Source: an uncultured delta proteobacterium
GTDB taxonomy: Bacteria; Desulfobacterota; Binatia; UBA9968
NCBI GenBank assembly: GCA_963771465.1
Contig: CAVYTU010000017.1
Span: 448,001 to 512,000, forward strand
Reading direction: 5' to 3'
Length of the DNA: 64,000 nt
This document shows positions 61,727-64,000 of this stretch, piece by piece. Made by a program: the position numbers and the translations under genes. The notes under the pieces are model-generated. The model searched no databases. It was not told where the DNA came from and saw only the letters and a list, made by a program, of their open reading frames with translations. How positions within the stretch are numbered: the first letter of the stretch is position 1; each line of letters starts with the position of its first letter.

Positions 61727-62944
61727 TCATCCCCACGGACCCAAGAAGGGTTCACCGGCGTAGGCATTTGATCTCGCGTCGAGCGCTTCCGGCCATTCGC
61801 TCATGGGTTTCGCTTGACGCAACTCTTTCGGTCTGACTTTGCCATCCCAGCCGACCTGCTCCATGGCGCAGTAGAGTTGGATCGTGTGGCCGTCGGGGTC
61901 GAATACATGGGCGGCGTGGTCGATGCCAGGATGAAGCTCCAGCGGAATCGCTTCGCCGACTTTGCAGCCGCGCTCTTGGAGAAATTTCACGGCGTCTTTG
62001 AGTTGATGATAATTCGCCAACTGTAAGCCGAGCGCGGCGCTCTTGGAGTGGCTGCTCAATCCGAGGGTCTCACGCAGCGCAGTGGGAAACAGCGCCAGCG
62101 AATGATGTTCGGTGTTGCATCTGAAAAACAAACAACGCTGGCCCTGCCAATTTACTGCTTCGCTCAAAGTGAAGCCGAGGCGTTGCCGATAAAATGTCTC
62201 CGCTGCGGCCATGTCGTCGGTAAATAGATAGACCGGTCCGAGGCGGACGATTTTAAATGGCCGCGGCAGCAAGATGCCATCGACGTCGTAGGTCGCCGGC
62301 AGATTGTCGACATGACGATAACCGCTGCTTGGGTCGATGCCTTTGGCTTTGGCCTGTTCAACTTCCTCGTATTCGGATATCTGCGGCAACTCGGGCGGCT
62401 TGTCGAAGCCGCGGTCATACATGCTGCGTGGTTTGCTGTGGCCGTTCCAGCCGATCTGCTCGATGCCGTAATAAAGCTCGTTGCTGTGGCCGTCGGGATC
62501 GAGCAGATAGGTGTGCCAGTTGGAACCCGGCATGTCGCGGCCGGAGCGTTGCTGCTTGATGTTGTTTTCGTTGAACCATTTGATCGCGTTGTTGACTTCA
62601 CGCATGCTGCCGGCTTGCCAGGTGATTTGATTGATGGTCACGCCGGGCTTCTCGGCGCGCCCCAGCGCGTCGCGCACGCGTTTGGGAAACAACACCATGG
62701 CGTGGTGATCGCCGCCGAAGCGGGTGAAGTAACCGTTGGGGTCGCCGAGGCCGGCGACTTGCTCGGGACTGGCGGCGCGCTTGGAGTAATCCATCACGTC
62801 GGAAATTTTGAAGCCCAGTAGATCGGTGTAGAAGCGCCGGCCTTCCGCCATATTCGTCATGTTGAAACCAAAATGGCCCAGGCGGCGAATCTTAAACGGC
62901 TGGTCGAGCAGGACGCCGCCGACGTTGAATTTTTCATCTGCCAT
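61727..62944 (-). CDS. Two-module VOC / extradiol-dioxygenase-like protein
   Basis: RLGHFGF, DHHA, RDMPGSNWHTY, DPDGH repeated twice. Confidence 0.8.
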   Translation of the reverse strand: MADEKFNVGGVLLDQPFKIRRLGHFGFNMTNMAEGRRFYTDLLGFKISDVMDYSKRAASPEQVAGLGDPNGYFTRFGGDHHAMVLFPKRVRDALGRAEKPGVTINQITWQAGSMREVNNAIKWFNENNIKQQRSGRDMPGSNWHTYLLDPDGHSNELYYGIEQIGWNGHSKPRSMYDRGFDKPPELPQISEYEEVEQAKAKGIDPSSGYRHVDNLPATYDVDGILLPRPFKIVRLGPVYLFTDDMAAAETFYRQRLGFTLSEAVNWQGQRCLFFRCNTEHHSLALFPTALRETLGLSSHSKSAALGLQLANYHQLKDAVKFLQERGCKVGEAIPLELHPGIDHAAHVFDPDGHTIQLYCAMEQVGWDGKVRPKELRQAKPMSEWPEALDARSNAYAGEPFLGPWG

Positions 62945-63094
62945 CGCGCACCTCCGGGAACGTTCGGCCTGTCTATACAATTTTTCGCCCAGACTGACAA
63001 CGCGCCGGCGGAATTTAACTTGCAAGCGGCGAGTGGCTGGACTAACTTAAGTGCTTCGATCGATAATTACGTCAGTCTGCAAGGGGAGGCGATC

Positions 63095-63952
63095 ATGGCG
63101 ATACAAGAATTACACTTCAACGGCAAAATCTTTTGGCCGGGGGATGCCCGCATTGCGGTGCTTTTGAGCTTTGACTTTCAGGGCGGCGAAGATGTCCGGC
63201 CGGACAAGAACGGAAGAATGAATCATGAAGAATATACCCAGGCGGAATACGGTCCCAACACGGGTATCTGGCGCATCCTGCGCATCCTGGCGGCGCACGA
63301 AGTGAAGGCAACGTTTTTGACCTGCGGCGGCATTGCCGAGCGCTACCCGGAAGCGGTGGCGGCGATCACTGCAGCCGGGCATGAAGTCGCGGGTCATGGC
63401 TACCATCATGAAGTGGCGCGGGATCTTTCCAAGGACGAAGAGCGCGACGTGATGAAACGGACCACCGACATGATTCTCAACCGCAGTCAGAAGCGGCCTT
63501 TTGGCTGGCGTTCGTGCACCCAAAGCCCGAATAGTATCGAGCTGCTGATGGAGCAGGGATATCTGTGGAACAGCAACTCTTTTTCCCACGACCTGCCGTT
63601 CGTTTGGCAGAACGGTAAGAAAAAGTTAGTCGAGCTTCCGCGCCAACCCTTCGGCGACGGGCGCACCTACGGCGGACGCGATTCCGGCAATCCCAACGAC
63701 ACCTTGGTCATTTGGAAAGCGATGTTCGACCAGTTCTACGAGGAGTCGAGTCTGGGGCCGACGTTCTGTCCGTTTCAGTTTCATCCGTACATTTCCAGCC
63801 GGCCCGGGAGAGCGAAAACCCTGTTCGACATTATCGCTCACATGAAGTCGCACAAAGGCGTCTGGTTCGCCACCGGCAGCGAAGTGGCGCACTGGTGGTT
63901 GGAGAAGGGTTTTTCAGCGGAAGCGAACGCAAGAATTTCAAAAGTAGCGTAG
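63095..63952 (+). CDS. Polysaccharide deacetylase (CE4/PuuE-like) family protein
   Basis: EYGPNTGIWRIL, HEVAGHGYHH, FHPYISSRPGR; RBS GGAGG. Confidence 0.85.
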   Translation: MAIQELHFNGKIFWPGDARIAVLLSFDFQGGEDVRPDKNGRMNHEEYTQAEYGPNTGIWRILRILAAHEVKATFLTCGGIAERYPEAVAAITAAGHEVAGHGYHHEVARDLSKDEERDVMKRTTDMILNRSQKRPFGWRSCTQSPNSIELLMEQGYLWNSNSFSHDLPFVWQNGKKKLVELPRQPFGDGRTYGGRDSGNPNDTLVIWKAMFDQFYEESSLGPTFCPFQFHPYISSRPGRAKTLFDIIAHMKSHKGVWFATGSEVAHWWLEKGFSAEANARISKVA

Positions 63953-64000
63953 TGACCAATGGAGTGATGGAGCAGTGGACGGAGCACAATGCTCCATTGC

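Overview
A 64-kb, GC-rich bacterial chromosomal segment. Gene content (many orphan ABC substrate-binding proteins, amidohydrolases, CoA-transferases, PilT/PilU, mycobacterial-type Sdh1) suggests a Candidatus Binatia/Deltaproteobacteria-like genome; this taxonomy is inference. Housekeeping genes: pcm, nlpD-like, apt, thiC, purC, sdhAB, ald, UDG. Aromatic/CoA catabolic genes: hydroxycinnamoyl-CoA hydratase/lyase cluster, UbiD, CouO-like hydrolase, VOC protein. I saw no rRNA, tRNA, CRISPR array or intact transposase. Signals the ORF track misses: (1) two split ORFs that read as selenoproteins, a UGSC-family protein (9662-10228) and an ArsC/Spx-like UxxC protein (30065-30418), each with a SECIS-like hairpin after the UGA; (2) a promoter + structured leader + overlapping intrinsic terminator between a DUF2294/MpsC gene and a 52-aa membrane protein (candidate riboswitch/attenuator); (3) three tandem paralogues of an unrecognised, internally duplicated protein after pilT/pilU, with a ~260-nt nested RNA structure between paralogues 2 and 3; (4) a four-helix-bundle gene enclosed by inverted 7-nt tandem repeats, plus many gene-less 7/8/9-nt-period repeats at gene junctions; (5) a MITE-like composite palindrome inside an amidohydrolase stub, and several gene remnants (HEPN, HATPase, NtrC). 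Several single-base frameshifts, including one in sdhB, suggest indel-prone assembly.
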